Positions 1 to 14,424 of a DNA stretch of 64,000 nt are shown here, piece after piece. Positions within the stretch are counted from its first letter, which is position 1. Each line of letters starts with the position of its first letter. The notes under the pieces were generated by a model, which worked only from the letters and a program-made list of their open reading frames with translations, was not told the DNA's origin and did no database searches. Origin of the DNA: Anthoceros angustus (taxonomy: Eukaryota; Plantae; Anthocerotophyta); contig MU008203.1 in assembly GCA_010909165.1 (NCBI GenBank), positions 62,001-126,000 of the forward strand, in the 5' to 3' direction. The position numbers and the translations under genes were made by a program.

Positions 1-460
1 CCTCATCCTCCTTTCGCACCGCCGCATTTGATCTCGCACATCATGCCTCGAAACATGTGGGCATGGTTAATTGGCTGACGGGTTGAATCGGCAGCATGAG
101 CATGTGGATTCCGCGGCTGCTCAAATCGAAATAGGCCACGCCTTCCGTGACCGCTCGCCTTCGACGGCTCACATCCGGGGTTCCTCACGGGACAGATTCA
201 CTATGGCCAGCCAGTTTGTCAGCAGCCAGCTGCTGAGCCGCTGTGCGCGGACCTTCACCGATCTATCCGCAGAGCGGCCACCAATGGCGCATCTCGTGAA
301 AGAGGTTGCCGGAAGATCGGATTGTTGGGAGCCTCTGCTTCGCCGGATGTCTGCTTTTGGAGGGTTGCTTCTGCGAGCACGATAAGGCGCACATAGCAAA
401 TCCGCGTTCCAATTTGTTTTTTTTTTCGGAGAGCGTCTTGCTAGGAAGCCTAACACTAAC

Positions 461-517
461 TAAAATTAAAATTAAAATTAAAATTAAAATTAATTAATTA
501 ATTAATTAATTAATTAA
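461..517. repeat. AT-only simple repeat (TAAAAT)n followed by (TAAT)n
   Basis: Direct reading: taaaat x5 then taat/ttaa run. Confidence 0.9.
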
Positions 518-779
518 GGGCTATTAAATATGTTTTTTTAGGCATTAGACGCATGCATTTTGTGTGTATTAGTTTTGCTACAATACCAATCTAGCTGCCT
601 AGATTGTCGAGACGACTTTTGTCCCGGTTCTAACCATTTTATGGTGTAGTTTTTATGCTTCGACCAACATGATGATGGTAGTCAAGCATCAAATACTTTG
701 TTTGGAAGTTTATTTGATACTCCGGTGCTCATGTAGTAGAGTATTCCATGGGATTTTTCTCAAGTACAATCTAGATTAA

Positions 780-3700
780 ATATAATGGCGGCACCTTCTC
801 ATTCCCTTGTTCCCCTAACTCCTCTTAGGATAGAATTTAAGGATAAGGATAGATTTAATGGGTCCGATTACACCATATGGGCAATGAGAGTCGCATTTTA
901 GAAGAAAACGAATTGATGGGGGTTGTAGATGGTGAACTGCTCCCCTCGTGAGCCGCCTCGATGTCGTTTTGGATTGGCAACGAAAGAATGACGCAAGAAC
1001 TATTATTATTTCCGCTCTAGATCGAACATGATGACACACACTTTGGGTGCCACTTCAAGTGATGTGTGGAATAACTTTAAGATGATTTATGACAGAGCAT
1101 TCCTTGTTCAAGCATTCGTGATTTTTTCAGCCTCCGCATGAAAGATAACGAGCCTGGAGTCTTATATTAACGGTTTCGCACTTGTCGTGCTAACCTTTCA
1201 TATTGTGGAATGAGATGGTTCAAGTGTCACCTACTTGCAACCCTACCAAGCATATCAATCTTTTGTAAGTGCAGTGCCATTATCGAACGGGTCAATCATC
1301 AGCAGTGCAACTCGCTATTACACTGTGAGGTGTTTGGAGCTCTTCTAGCGGAGGAGAGGACTCGTGGCCTTAATAAGATGAAGGCCAGCTCAAGTGGTCA
1401 ATCAAACTAGAATTTTGTTCACTCGAGGGGCTGAGGACGCGCGTGGCTTCCCAATCAATTTTCAGCGCCATATAATCCTAATTATCTGCAGCAAAGACCA
1501 AAGCGAAATATGACTTGCCATTGCAAGATACCCACCATATTGAGAAGAATTGCCAAGAAAAGGGTGAGCCTCGTGAGATGCAAGTCTTCCCAATCAAACC
1601 TCACAACCACAAAGGCTAAGTCTTCCACAATCTTATGTTGTCTTCATCTGCTCATTCTCAAGTAGAAACTTGGTTTTAGATTCGGAGCTACCACCATATT
1701 TGTTTTGACAGACACTCATTTAAAACTTTCTCACCCACATATGATGCCAATCGGTGCTTTTGGTGATGATAAGGGCTTTCCATCAAGGGCTCGCTCTGGT
1801 CATACAACTCCGATGAGTCTTCACTCACATTTCGTGTTTTATTTGTTCCTTCTATGACCAAAATTTGATGTCTTAAGTTGTCACAAGAACACTCTTGCCG
1901 AGTCTGCTTTGATCAAACTGGTAATCAGAACGCATGTTCCATCAAGCCATGACCTTTTCACAGGCACTTTCATGATTTGTATTTATTAGATGTCAAATCC
2001 ATAGTGCAACCTCAACCCACTTATAATGCCATTCAAACAAGCTTCAATGCACCTTTGGCATTGTCGCCTTGCCCACGTAAATTTCAGCGCCTAGCATCTC
2101 TTAAGGGTGATAGCTTTAGAGATCCACTTACCTATGTCCCTTCCGTCACCCTTTGACTCCCGCCTTAGTAAAGCATTTTCTAAGCCATATGGATCTCCAC
2201 TCAACAAGGGCCTCGCCTTTTGGATACTATTCATAGTGATATTTGTGGCTATGTCCCAAACTCATTTGGAGGAGCTGCTTATTTATTACATTCATAGATG
2301 AATGGAGCCGCTATTGTATTGTTTATGTGTTAAGAAATAAAAGCGAGGCTTTTATGTGTTTTCAAACCTATGTGCTTGCATCCCGCAACAGTCAAGGTTA
2401 AAATTTTACTGATGACAATGGCCGAATACATCACAATGCTTTTCGAATTTTGCTTTTGGAAGGATACAACACGCTCACTGCGTGTATACTCGCTTTAACT
2501 CTTTCTGAGAGGAAAATGACACTCAAGAGGCTACTTTGGCCTCTTACTTTTGCCACCTCTCCGTGGATATTTGAGGCATTGATGGTCAAATTATGTTCTC
2601 AACCGAGCCTACTAAGGAGCTTGGATTGACAACTCCTTATGAGAGATGGATGAAAGAAGCCCGCAGATAGGGCATCTACGCATTTTTGGATCACCGCTTA
2701 TGCTTATGTCCCTAGCTATTCGTCATAAGATGGATTTGAAGGCTATCAGAATTTTTGTGGGTTACTCGCGATGTGAAGGGTTACAAGTTGTTTGATCCGA
2801 TTACACGCCAGTGACCATTTCAAGTGTGGTTTTTAACGAAGATATTTTGCTTCGCCAACATGCTCAACTTCCTCGGCGCAACTATGCCTCGATCTATATC
2901 TCGTGTTTGGACCCACCTTCACTTTTGCGTTTGATGATTCTTGTGTTACTATTTTGAGGATGACTCCTCTTTGGCTTCAGAGGGGCTGCCCTATTACCCC
3001 CGCCGCCCAACATTGTAGTTGATGATGTTCACCCGACATCCGAGGTGGCTAATGACACCAGTTTGATCCAAAGAGGATGACGTTAATGAAGCCAATGAAG
3101 AGCCTCCTCAAGTACTACGCGTCCACTAGACACCGTCCTCCAAGGTCGAGTGGAAAGAGCCTCCATATGTCGGGGTATTGCAGAGAGGAATCCTTTTCCA
3201 CCTCCTTATGTTTTAGTGTTGTAGAATCATTAGGTGAACCGCCACCTATAGAGAAGCAATTGAAGGGCCTGAAGCTTCCTTTTGGCAAAAGGCTATTGAG
3301 TCGAATATCAATCTCATTTCTAACAAAACTTGGGTTCGTTGATCTCCTCCGTCGCAAAACCGCTTGCTTGTAAGTGGGTCTTCAAGAAGAAACTTAATAA
3401 GATGGTAGTGTTGGTAGAAGGCCCGCTGCTCACTACAATGTAATCGCCAGACGAAAAACGCTTTTCTTAATGGCACCTTAGATGAGGTCATCTACATGGC
3501 CCAACCGGAAGGTTTTATTATAGACCCTAATAAAGTGTGTGTCACTTTTAAAACACTTTATGGTCTTAAATACCCTCCTGCATGGAATGAAGTGTTTCAT
3601 GCATTGCTCATAGAATTGGGTTTCATGTTTGACGATACCGATATATTTTATGGGATGGCAATGATTTTATCATTTTAACTGCTTATGTGGATGACAATAT

Positions 3701-4600
3701 TTTATTTAGCACGTCACCAACTCTTATGGCAAGAATAAAAGCGCTTTTGGCAAGATTTGATATGACTGATTTGGGCTTATCATTTTCTCTTGGTGTTCAA
3801 TTTCATTTTAACACGTGATAATACTATTGATATTCATCAAGAGCATTTTGTACATCAACTACTTAAGAGATTCAAGATGGAGGATGCACGACAAGACACC
3901 TATGTCTATAGGTGAAAAGCTATCTAAGGAACAATGCCCAACAACAAGAAGAAAAGGTTGAGATGGCACTCAAGCCTTATCGAGTCGTTGGTTGTTTAAT
4001 TTATCTATCGTTGGACTAGATTAGACATTACACGCGCTTAGTAATGTTAGTCAATTTTAGAGAACCTCGGCTTGCCACATTGGGCTGCAGTGAAGAGGAT
4101 TTTAGGTACCTCAAAGGAACAACACGCAAAGGTTTACGTTTTCTAAGCAATCGATGGTTTGCGCTTATGTCCTTTGTGATGCATTGGGCTGAGACCCAGA
4201 CACTAGACGTAGTGTGCAGCCTCATGACGTTTTAGGTGGATCGTTATTTCTTGGTCTAGTAAAAGCTCACCACTATTTGTCTCTCCTCTACAAGCGAATA
4301 TGGTGCTATGACAGTCGCTAGAGAGGTTATTTGGATTGATCTTTCTTATGTGGACTTAAGCACCATGAAGGACCAACTCACTTTGGTGCGACAATCAACA
4401 CCCATTGCTTTATCGAAGAATCCGTTTTCATGCTAGGAGCAAGTATTGAGATTGCTCATCATTTTATAAGACAAGCAGCAGAGTAAAGAGGTAAAAGTGG
4501 ACTATGTTGATACTTGAGAATGTGGCGATCTTTTGACAAAGCTTTGCCAAAGCTAGTACATGAGAAGCATACTTTGGCTACACAAAACTATACTGTGAAC
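780..4600 (+). mobile_element. Decayed Ty1/copia LTR retrotransposon internal region (gag-integrase-RT-RNase H), many stops and frameshifts
   Basis: Copia order of motifs: integrase TDDNG..Y (~2405), GY..GYKLFDP (~2760-2800), RT EP..Y.EA (~3235), CKWVFKKK (~3368), KNAFLNGTLDEVIYMAQPEGF (~3455-3515), LYGLK, YVDD (~3684), FDMTDLG, RNase H WSSK, CDNQ (~4388), DLLTK (~4525). No matching LTR pair recognised. Confidence 0.85.
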
Positions 4601-4989
4601 AAAGCAGAATGACTCATTAGGTTGATTCTCACCTTTATTTGGCTTGGTGATTGGATGAAGCCTTATTGTTTATTTCACACTTGTCAAAACTCTTTTCCGC
4701 TTATAAAGGGAGTACACTTCTAGTGAAGTTCATCTTCAAGATATTTTCAAGCTTTTAATTAACTCCTAATTGCAACTAAGTGGAGTAATGGAATATAGCT
4801 TATTTGAACAAAATGTGTTAAAACATAATAGTGATTTAAGTCACAATTAGAATTAGGTTTAGTTTTATTATTAGTTAATTAAAATCATAATAAATCACAC
4901 AACTGGCAATAACCGATGAAAGACACCTTTTCGTGCATTAGTTGAACATCTTTAATCCTAAGCTCTTGTCTCCTAATACAAACATCATC

Positions 4990-7900
4990 AATGGTAATGG
5001 TAACACCGTCCTAGCCTAGAAATCCTAGAATGCAACCATTGCATGACGCAGAAAATGCTTCAATTCATGAAAACAATGAGGACAACATAGGAGAAATAAT
5101 GAGACAATGCTTCAAAACAGCTAATGAAATGGCGCAAATGTGTCAAACCGTCCCATCAATCATTTCCAAATAAGAGAAAGCTACACCATTAATCTATCTT
5201 TAATGCAATCGGCCTCATTTGACCGCAAAAGCGAAGAGGAGAATTTGGGAAAATGAAAAGTGCTTGGATATAGACGTCAAATACGAAAGAAACAATTTCT
5301 TGCACTAAGAAGTTTACTTAAGCCAAGTCCTTCATGTGACAACAAGTCGGATCAACAACAACATTACGTGAAACAAATATAAAATTTGATAGATAAATCA
5401 ATGTGATTGCACAAGACGATGTCTCACAAAATGTTGCACGGCTTATGATAAAAGGACGAGTAAAAAATCTACATGAAAATTAGGGCCCATATCAAATTTA
5501 GTAATTCCTTCTAGTGCTATGCTATTTGAGAACAATCTTATTTTCATAGTAACCTTTAAATATGATTAGTTAGATGTTATTAATCAATCCTTGGCCTTTG
5601 AAAATCGGACCTTCTATAATGTCTTTGATTGACCCTACCATATGTAATTGAAGATTTAAACCAAAATACAAATCAAAATTTATCCTTGGCCTTTGAAAAG
5701 TAGTCTTCTTTGATTTTGAGTCCTTGGTCTTTGAATCTCTGACTACGGACGACTATAAATGTGCCACCAGCCACACTAATTAGTTATCAAACAAGCTCAA
5801 CCTTTTGACCTTGGTGCATTTCACGAGTAGCTAGTGACTTTTCAAGCGTGAAGTTACAACATTTTGTTTTGGTGACAATGGTGTCTCGTGAAAAGGTTTT
5901 GAAGAATTTGATGAGGAAATCAAGCCCGATTTCCAAAGAGGATTCATCGCAATTGTTTCAAGTATCCGCAGTACGATTTGGATAAAACTTGTGTTTCTAT
6001 AGACGGATAACATTTCCGCCCCTTGCTCATATGTCCCGTAGCTTGTTCACCATGCTTCTTAAAACTTCGAGATATCCTTTATCAATCATAAGATGTCGAT
6101 AAGGAGGTTATGAAAACACTTGACATGGAGCACCGTGAGAAAATGCTTGTGGGGCTTCTATCGCCTCAACTATTATGGTGCATTTTAGAGTGGAAACCAT
6201 AACATGCATCGGTTGCAACCTTAACATGCATCTTGCAACCTAAGAATTCTTCACACGCTTTCAAGAAGATCACGCCGAGGTTACCTTCTTGTAAGATCAT
6301 TTGATAAGCGTAAAGAGGAGCACAAGTTACACAATCATATTCTTGAATTGGTGGAGAAAGGAATTCTTCAATTTTTGAAATGGATGATCACACTTGCAAA
6401 AGGAATGTAAATGCAAGATCATATTCATTAATTTATTTTAGCAGTTGATATATTCATTTTATTCTCTTTCCTACTTCATGTTTTGAAATGTTTGCAAACC
6501 ATCATTATGTTACCGAGATCATTTAACTCCACTGGCGCTGCTGGCCCACCGTAACCGCAATTTACAAGACTGCACGGATCTCCATCGTAACACGGCCCCT
6601 AGAAGATCTAAATCGCCTTTGCTTCAATCGACAAATGTTGCCGATCCGGGAAGGCCGCCATTCAACGCGCCTCCTTAAGATATGGGCTATTGAGCTCCAA
6701 GAAGTCTCGAGGCGCGAGTGGATGCCTCGAGCTGGAATTTTTGGGGCTCGTCTTGAAATACTTGGGAAAGATGGTGCGGATGAGAAACACCAAAAAAGCG
6801 GGAGCAACCTTGATTTTGGTACAAGCGTGAGAGTCTACCATGCCAATTTTTCACAACGCTTGGATCTATTGGGTGTCGTTTCTAGTTGCGTCTTCTAGAA
6901 GCTGAACCGCTCCATAATGAAATGCTGGTAAGTAGCTTCTAGACAAGGTTTTAGTATAGTTAATTAGCAATATTCTAGGAAAGTGATAAAATAGAAATAG
7001 TGATAATATAGAAGAAAATAGAAAGAGTGATAATATAGAAGTTGCCATGGGTGCCCTAGTCTATATATGTCCTATATACTCACACATATATTATGTATCT
7101 TGTGTTGGGTTTTCTATGTTATCTTAGGTTATAATTATTCTAAAGTAGGTATTTGTTTTCATATCTTTGTGTTTGGCCTCTAAAGTTGTTTGTGCACCTT
7201 GTGAACATAAAGCAGGTGGTACAAGAATAACAAGGCGTTAAAGAATTTTAGAGTATTACAAATCGCCACACACCATCCAAGAAAAACACATAGCTTGATT
7301 AGAGAAAGCTCTAAGGAAAAGAAATGGCTGCTCAACGACTTCATCTAGCATAAATACACGTGGTGACAAGAGGAGGTTTAACGGTCCGAAAATACCAATG
7401 ATAATAGGAAAACGCGTTACGAAAAAGATTCAACGACCAAGTTCAAAAGGAAATCGAGATTCACATGGTCAAGCTCCTCAACTACTTCAAAGAAACTCGA
7501 AACCCAACTGCACTGCTCATCCGCTTATACTTTGAGTTCTATCCATATGTCATTCCACAAACCTCCTCTACATCACAAGACGCTGTCCGCCACACAACAA
7601 TTTTGGACATAATATCAACCATACTTCAAAATTTTACGATGGGAACGATATCAAAATTCCAATCTTGTTCAAGGATGCCCTCGGGCATATTTTGAAAATT
7701 ATGGGCAAATGACTAATACGAGGGTCTCATCACCTACTTCTCGTGTTGGATCCAACCATGTTCAAGGATATCCACGTGCACATGTTCAAGGTCATGCGAA
7801 AATGATTAATACTACTAGGGCTGCATTTTATGATGCGAACAATATTCAAACTCCAATCATGTTCAAGGATGCCCTCCATATTATGAAGATGATGTTAAAA

Positions 7901-10900
7901 TGACTAATACTAGGGTCCCATCACCTAGTTCTCGTGTTGGATTTGATCGTGGTCAAGGATATCCTCCGCATATCCAAGGTTATGTGGAAATGACTAATAC
8001 TACGGTCGCCACCGTGTTTTCCCGAGGCGATGATGTAGGGATTACTAGAAGCCATAGGAAAATAAAGACTACAAGAAAAAATAGTATGGTATTTGCGCCA
8101 ACAGCCCGTCCTTATGCGGAAAAAGCGCTAGCATGCAATCATTGTACGTAGGAAATGCTTCAATTCATGAAAACAATGAGGACAACATAGCTGGAAAAAC
8201 GAGATACTACGTGCGAAATAGCCGATGAATTGGCTCAACTGCCAAAGTGTCCCATCAATCATTTCCAAATAAGAGAAAGCTACACCATTAATCTATCTTT
8301 AATGCAATCGGCCTCATTTGATCGCGAAGAGGAGAATTTGGGAAAATGAAAAGTGCTTGCATATGGACTTCAAGTACGAATGGAACAATTTCTTGCAATA
8401 AGCAATTTACCTAAGCCAAGTCCTTCATGTGACAACAACTGGATCAACAACAACATTACGTGAAACAAATATAAAATTTGATAGATAAATCAATGTGATT
8501 GCACAAGACGATGTCTCACAAAATGTTGCCCCACAAGAAACTACAATAAAAGAAGGAGTATAAAATCAAGATTTATGTGAAAACAATGTCGACCACACTC
8601 CAAAATTTTATGATAGGAAGCCTGGATATAAAAACCCCAATCATATTGAAGGATGCCCTACGGCATATGTTGAAAAGTTATGCGAAAATTCCTAATACAA
8701 GGGTCCCATCACCTAGTTCCGTGTTGGATCCAATCATGGTCAAGAGTATCCTCGAAAGGTTATTCAAAAATTCCTAATACAAGGGTCACTAATACAAACA
8801 CGAAAAGCAATATGGTAATGGTAACAACCCGTCCTTCTCTAGAAAATCCTAGTACCATGCAACCATTGCATGTACGACGTAAAATAAAATGCTTCAATTC
8901 ATGAAAACAATGAGGACAACATAGGAGAAATAATGAGACAATGCTTTAAAAAACAGCTAATGAAATGGCGCAAATGTGTCAAACCGTCCCATCAATCATT
9001 TCCAAATAAGAGAAAGCTACACCATTAATCTATCTTTAATGCAATCGATTGCCTCATTTGACCGCAAAACGAAGAGGAGAATTTGGGAAAATGAAAAGTG
9101 CTTGGATATAGACGTAACACGAAAGAAACAATTTCTTGCACTAAGAAGTTTACTTAAGCCAAGTCCTTCATGTGACAACAAGTGGATCAACAACAACATT
9201 ACGTGAAACAAATATAAAATTTGATAGATAAATCAATGTGATTGACGATGTCTCACAAAATGTTATACGGCTTATGATAAAAGGACGAGTAAAAAATCTA
9301 CATGAAAATTAGGGCCCATATCAAATTTAGTAATTCCTTCTAGTGCTATGCTATTTGAGAACAATCTTATTTTCATAGTAACCTTTAAATATGATTAGTT
9401 AGATGTTATTAATCAATCCTTGGCCTTTGAAAATCGGACCTTCTATAATGTCTTTGATTGACCCTACCATATGTCAAGATTTAAACCAAAATACAAATCA
9501 AAATTTATCCTTGGCCTTTGAAAAGTAGTCTTCTTTGATTTTGAGTCCTTGGTCTTTGAATCTCTGACTACTTGACGACTATAAATGTGCCACCAGCCAC
9601 ACTAATTAGTTATCAAACAAGCTCAACCTTTGACGACCCTTGGTGCATTTCACGAGTAGCTAGTGACTTTTCAAGCGTGAAGTTACAACATTTTGTTTTG
9701 GTGACAATGGTGTCTGTGAAAAGGTTTTTGAAGAATTTGATGAGGAAATCAAGCCCGATTTCCAAAGAGGATTCATCGCAATTGTTCACCGTTAGTATCC
9801 GTTGTACGACGGATAAAACTTGTGTTTCTATTGCGAGACGGATAACATTTCCGCCTCGTTGCTCATATGTCCCGTAGCTTGTTCACCATGCTTCTTAAAA
9901 CTTCGTAGATATCCTTTATCAATCATAAGATGTCGATAAGGAGGTTATGAAAACACTTGACATGGAGCACCGTGAGAAAATGCTTGTGGGGCTTCTATCG
10001 CCTCAACTATTATGGTGCATTTTAGAGTGGAAACCATAACATGCATCGGTTGCAACCTTAACATGCATCGGTTGCAACCTAAGAATTCTTCAAGCACGCT
10101 TTCAAGAAGATCACGTCGAGGTTACCTTCTTGTAAGATCATTTGATAAGCGAAGAGGAGCACAAGTTACACAATCATATTCTTGAATTGGTGGAGAAAGG
10201 AATTCTTCAATTTTGAAATGGATGATCACACTTGCAAAAGGAATGTAAATGCAAGATCATATTCATTAATTTATTTTAGCAGTGATATATTCATTTTATT
10301 CTCTTTCCTACTTCATGTTTTGAAATGTTTGCAAACCATCATTATGTTACCGAGATCATTTAACCTGCCACCGGCGCTGCTTTTCTCGTCCACCTTCGTA
10401 ATCGCAATTTACAGACGCACGGATCTCCATCGTAACACGGCCCCTAGAAGATCTAAATCGCCTTTGCTTCAATCGACAAATGTTGCACTTGATCCGGGAA
10501 GGCTCGCCATTCAACGCGCCTCCTTAAGATATGGGCTATTGAGCTCCAAGAAGTCTCGAGGCGCGAGTGGATGCCCGATGAATTTTGGGGCTCGTCTTGA
10601 AATACTTGGGAAAGATGGTGCGGATGAGAAACACCAAGGCAAAAGCGGCGGAGGTAACCTGATTTTGGTACAAGCGCCGAGAGTCTACCATGCCAATTTT
10701 TCACAACGCTTGGATCTATTGGGTGTCGTTTCTAGTTGCGTCTTCTAGAAGCCGATAACCGCTCCATAATGAAATGCTGGTAAGTAGCTTCTAGACAAGG
10801 TTTTAGTATAGTTAATTAGCAATATTCTAGGAAAGTGATAAAATAGAAATAGTGATAATATAGAAGAAAATAGAAAGAGTGATAATATAGAAGTTGCCAT

Positions 10901-13900
10901 GGGTGCCCTAGTCTATATATGTCCTATATATGTCCTATATACTCACACATATATTATGTATCTTGTGTTGGGTTTTCTATGTTATCTTAGGTTATAATTA
11001 TTCTAAAGTAGGTATTTGTTTTCATATCTTTGTGTTTGGCCTCTAAAGTTGTCCGTGCACCTTGTGAACACGAAAGTGTGGTACAAGAATAACCGAGGCG
11101 TTAAAGAATTTTAGAGTATTACAAATCGTCACACACCATCCAAGAAAAACACATAGCTTGATTAGAGAAAGCTCTAAGGAAAAGAAATGGCTGCTCAATG
11201 ACTTCATCTAGCATAAATACACGTGGTGACAAGAGGAGGTTTAACGGTCCGAAAATACCAATGATAATAGGAAAAGCTACTGTAAAAAGATTCAACGACC
11301 AAGTTCAAAAGGAAATCGAGATTCACATGGTCAAGCTCCTCAACTACTTCAAAGAAACTCGAAACCCAACTGCTTACTGCTCATCCGTTTATACTTTGAG
11401 TTCTATCCTCGCATATGTCATTCCACAAACCTCCTCTACATCACAAGACGCGTCCGCCACACAACAATTTTGGACATAATATCAACCATACTTCAAAATT
11501 TTACGATGGGAACGATATCAAAATTCCAATCTTGTTCAAGGATGCCCTCGGGCATATTTTGAAAATTATGGGCAAATGACTAATACGAGGGTCTCATCAC
11601 CTACTTGTTGGATCCAACCATGTTCAAGGATATCCACGTGCACATGTTCAAGGTCATGCGAAATGATTAATACTACTAGGGCTGCATTTTATGATGCGAA
11701 CAATATTCAAACTCCAATCATGTTCAAGGATGCCCTCCGGCATATTATGAAGATGATGTTAAAATGACTAATACTAGGGTCCCATCACCTAGTTCTCGTG
11801 TTGGATTTGATCGTGGTCAAGGATATCCTCCGCACATATCCAAGGTTATGTGGAAATGACTAATACTACCTCGCCACCGTGTTTTCCCGAGGCGATGATG
11901 TAGGGATTACTAGAAGCCATAGGAAAATAAAAGACTACAAGAAAATAGTATGGTATTTGCGCCAACAGCCCGTCCTTATGCGGAAAAAGCTGCTAGCATG
12001 CAATCATTGTACGTCGAGGAAATGCTTCAATTGATGGAAACAATTACGACAACAACATAGCTGGAAAAACGAGATACTACGTGCGAAATAGCCGATGAAT
12101 TGGCTCAATTGGCTCAAAGTGTCCCATCAATTATTTCCAAACTAGGCAATGCTACACCTATAATTTTTAATGAGATCAAGGCCTCATTTGATCGCAAAAG
12201 CGAAGAGGAAAAATTGGAAAAATGGAAAGTGCTTGCATATGGACTTCAAGTACGAATGGAACAATTTCTTGCAATAAGCAATTTACCTAAGCCAAGTCCT
12301 TCATATGACAACAACTGGATCAACATCGACATTATGTGAAAGAAAATACGAAATTGGATGGATAGATCAAATGTTATTGCACAAGACGATGTCCCACAAA
12401 ATGTTGCCCCACAAGAAACTACAATAAAAGAAGGAGTATAAAATCAAGATTTATGTGAAAACAATGTCGACCACACTCCAAAATTTTATGATAGGAAGCC
12501 TGGATATAAAAACCCCAATCATATTGAAGGATGCCCTACGGCATATGTTGAAAGTTATGCGAAAATTCCTAATACAAGGGTCCCATCACCTAGTTCCGTG
12601 TTGGATCCAATCATGGTCAAGAGTATCCTCCGAAAGGTTATTCAAAATTCCTAATACAAGGGTCACTAATACAAACACGAAAAGCAATATGGTAATGGTA
12701 ACAACCCGTCCTTCTCTAGAAAATCCTAGTACCATGCAACCATTGACGCAGAAAATGCTTCAATTCATGAAAACAATGAGGACAACATAGGAGAAATAAT
12801 GAGACAATGCTTGCTGAAACAGCTAATGAAATGGCGCAAATGTGTCAAACTGTCCCATCAATCATTTCCAAATAAGAGAAAGCTACACCATTAATCTATC
12901 TTTAATGCAATCGGCCTCATTTGATCGCAAAACGAAGAGGAGAATTTGGGAAAATGAAAAGTGCTTGGATATAGACGTCAAATACGAAAGAAACAATTTC
13001 TTGCACTAAGAAGTTTACTTAAGCCAAGTCCTTCATGTGACAAATGTCGGATCAACAACAACATTACGTGAAACAAATATAAAATTTGATAGATAAATCA
13101 ATGTGATTGCACAAGACGATGTCTCATAAAATGTTATTACGCTTATGATAAAAGGACGAGTAAAAATCTACATGAAAATTAGGGCCCATATCAAAATTTA
13201 GTAATTCCTTCTAGTGCTATGCTATTTGAGAACAATCTTATTTTCATAGTAACCTTTAAATATGATTAGTTAGATGTTATTAATCAATCCTTGGCCTTTG
13301 AAAATCAGACCTTCTATAATGACTTTGATTGACCCTACCATATGTACTGAAGATTTAAACGAAAATAAAAATCAAAATTTATCCTTGGCCTTTGAAAAGT
13401 AGTCTTCTTTGATTTTGAGTCCTTGGTCTTTGAATCTCTCTGCATGCACTACGGACGACTATAAATGTGCCACCAGCCACACTAATTAGTTATCAAACAA
13501 GCTCAACCTTTTGACGACCCTTGGTGCATTTCCGCTGAGTAGCTAGTGACTTTTCAAGCGTGAAGTTACAACATTTTGTTTTGGTGACAATGGTGTCTGT
13601 GAAAAGGTTTTTGAAGAATTTGATGAGGAAATCAAGCCCGATTTCCAAAGAGGATTCATCGCAATTGTTTTCAGTTAGTATCCGTTGCAGACGGATAAAA
13701 CTTGTGTTTCTATTGCGAGACGGATAACATTTCCGTTCTCTGCTCATATGTCCGTAGCTTGTTCACCATGCTTCTTAAAACTTCGAGATATCCTTTATCA
13801 ATCATAAGATGTCGATAAGGAGGTTATGAAAACACTTGACATGGAGCACCGTGAGAAAATGCTTGTGGGGCTTCTATCGCCTCAACTATTATGGTGCATT

Positions 13901-14203
13901 TTAGAGTGGAAACCATAACATGCATCGGTTGCAACCTTAACATGCATCGTTGCAACCTAAGAATTCTTTAAGCACGCTTTCAAGAAGATCACGCCGAGGT
14001 TACCTTCTTGTAAGATCATTTGATAAGCGAAGAGGAGCACAAGTTACACAATCATATTCTTGAATTGGTGGAGAAAGGAATTCTTCAATTTTTGAAATGG
14101 ATGATCACACTTGCAAAAGGAATGTAAATGCAAGATCATAGTTCATTAATTTATTTTAGCAGTGATATATTCATTTTTATTCTCTTTCCTACTTCATGTT
14201 TTG
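4990..14203. repeat. Tandem array, ~2.4 copies of a ~3.85-kb unit, probably a decayed retroelement or repeated gene
   Basis: Marker aaaatgcttcaattcatgaaaacaatgaggacaacatagg at 5052, 8886, 12752 (periods 3834 and 3866). Marker ctacttcatgttttg at 6471, 10308, 14189. Copies are near-identical apart from small indels. Confidence 0.92.
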
Positions 14204-14209
14204 CCCATC

Positions 14210-14424
14210 CTCGAGCCGTGGCCTCGGCCCTTTGGCAGGGTGCTGGGGCTGCGCACCTGGGTTTATGGCTATGGTCCCTCCCGGGAAGGTGCTGGTGCCT
14301 GGGCTTCTAGGCGAGGAATGACCTCACGGTGGCAGTCGAAAGGAAATTTCGCAGCCTTGCACCCGCGGCCCCGAGCACAGAAAAGAGGACAGGGGAACCT
14401 GCCCCCTGTCCTCTTTTTTGTGCA
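14210..14424. repeat. GC-rich small fold-back element ending in hairpin GCACAGAAAAGAGGACAGGGG-loop-CCCCTGTCCTCTTTTTTGTGC
   Basis: Inverted repeat at ~14378-14424 read directly; shares motifs with 53650-53850. Confidence 0.5.

Noticed and set aside
520-4980. LTR pair for the first copia element
   Set aside because: Flanks at 520-780 and 4600-4980 show no shared sequence that I could align.
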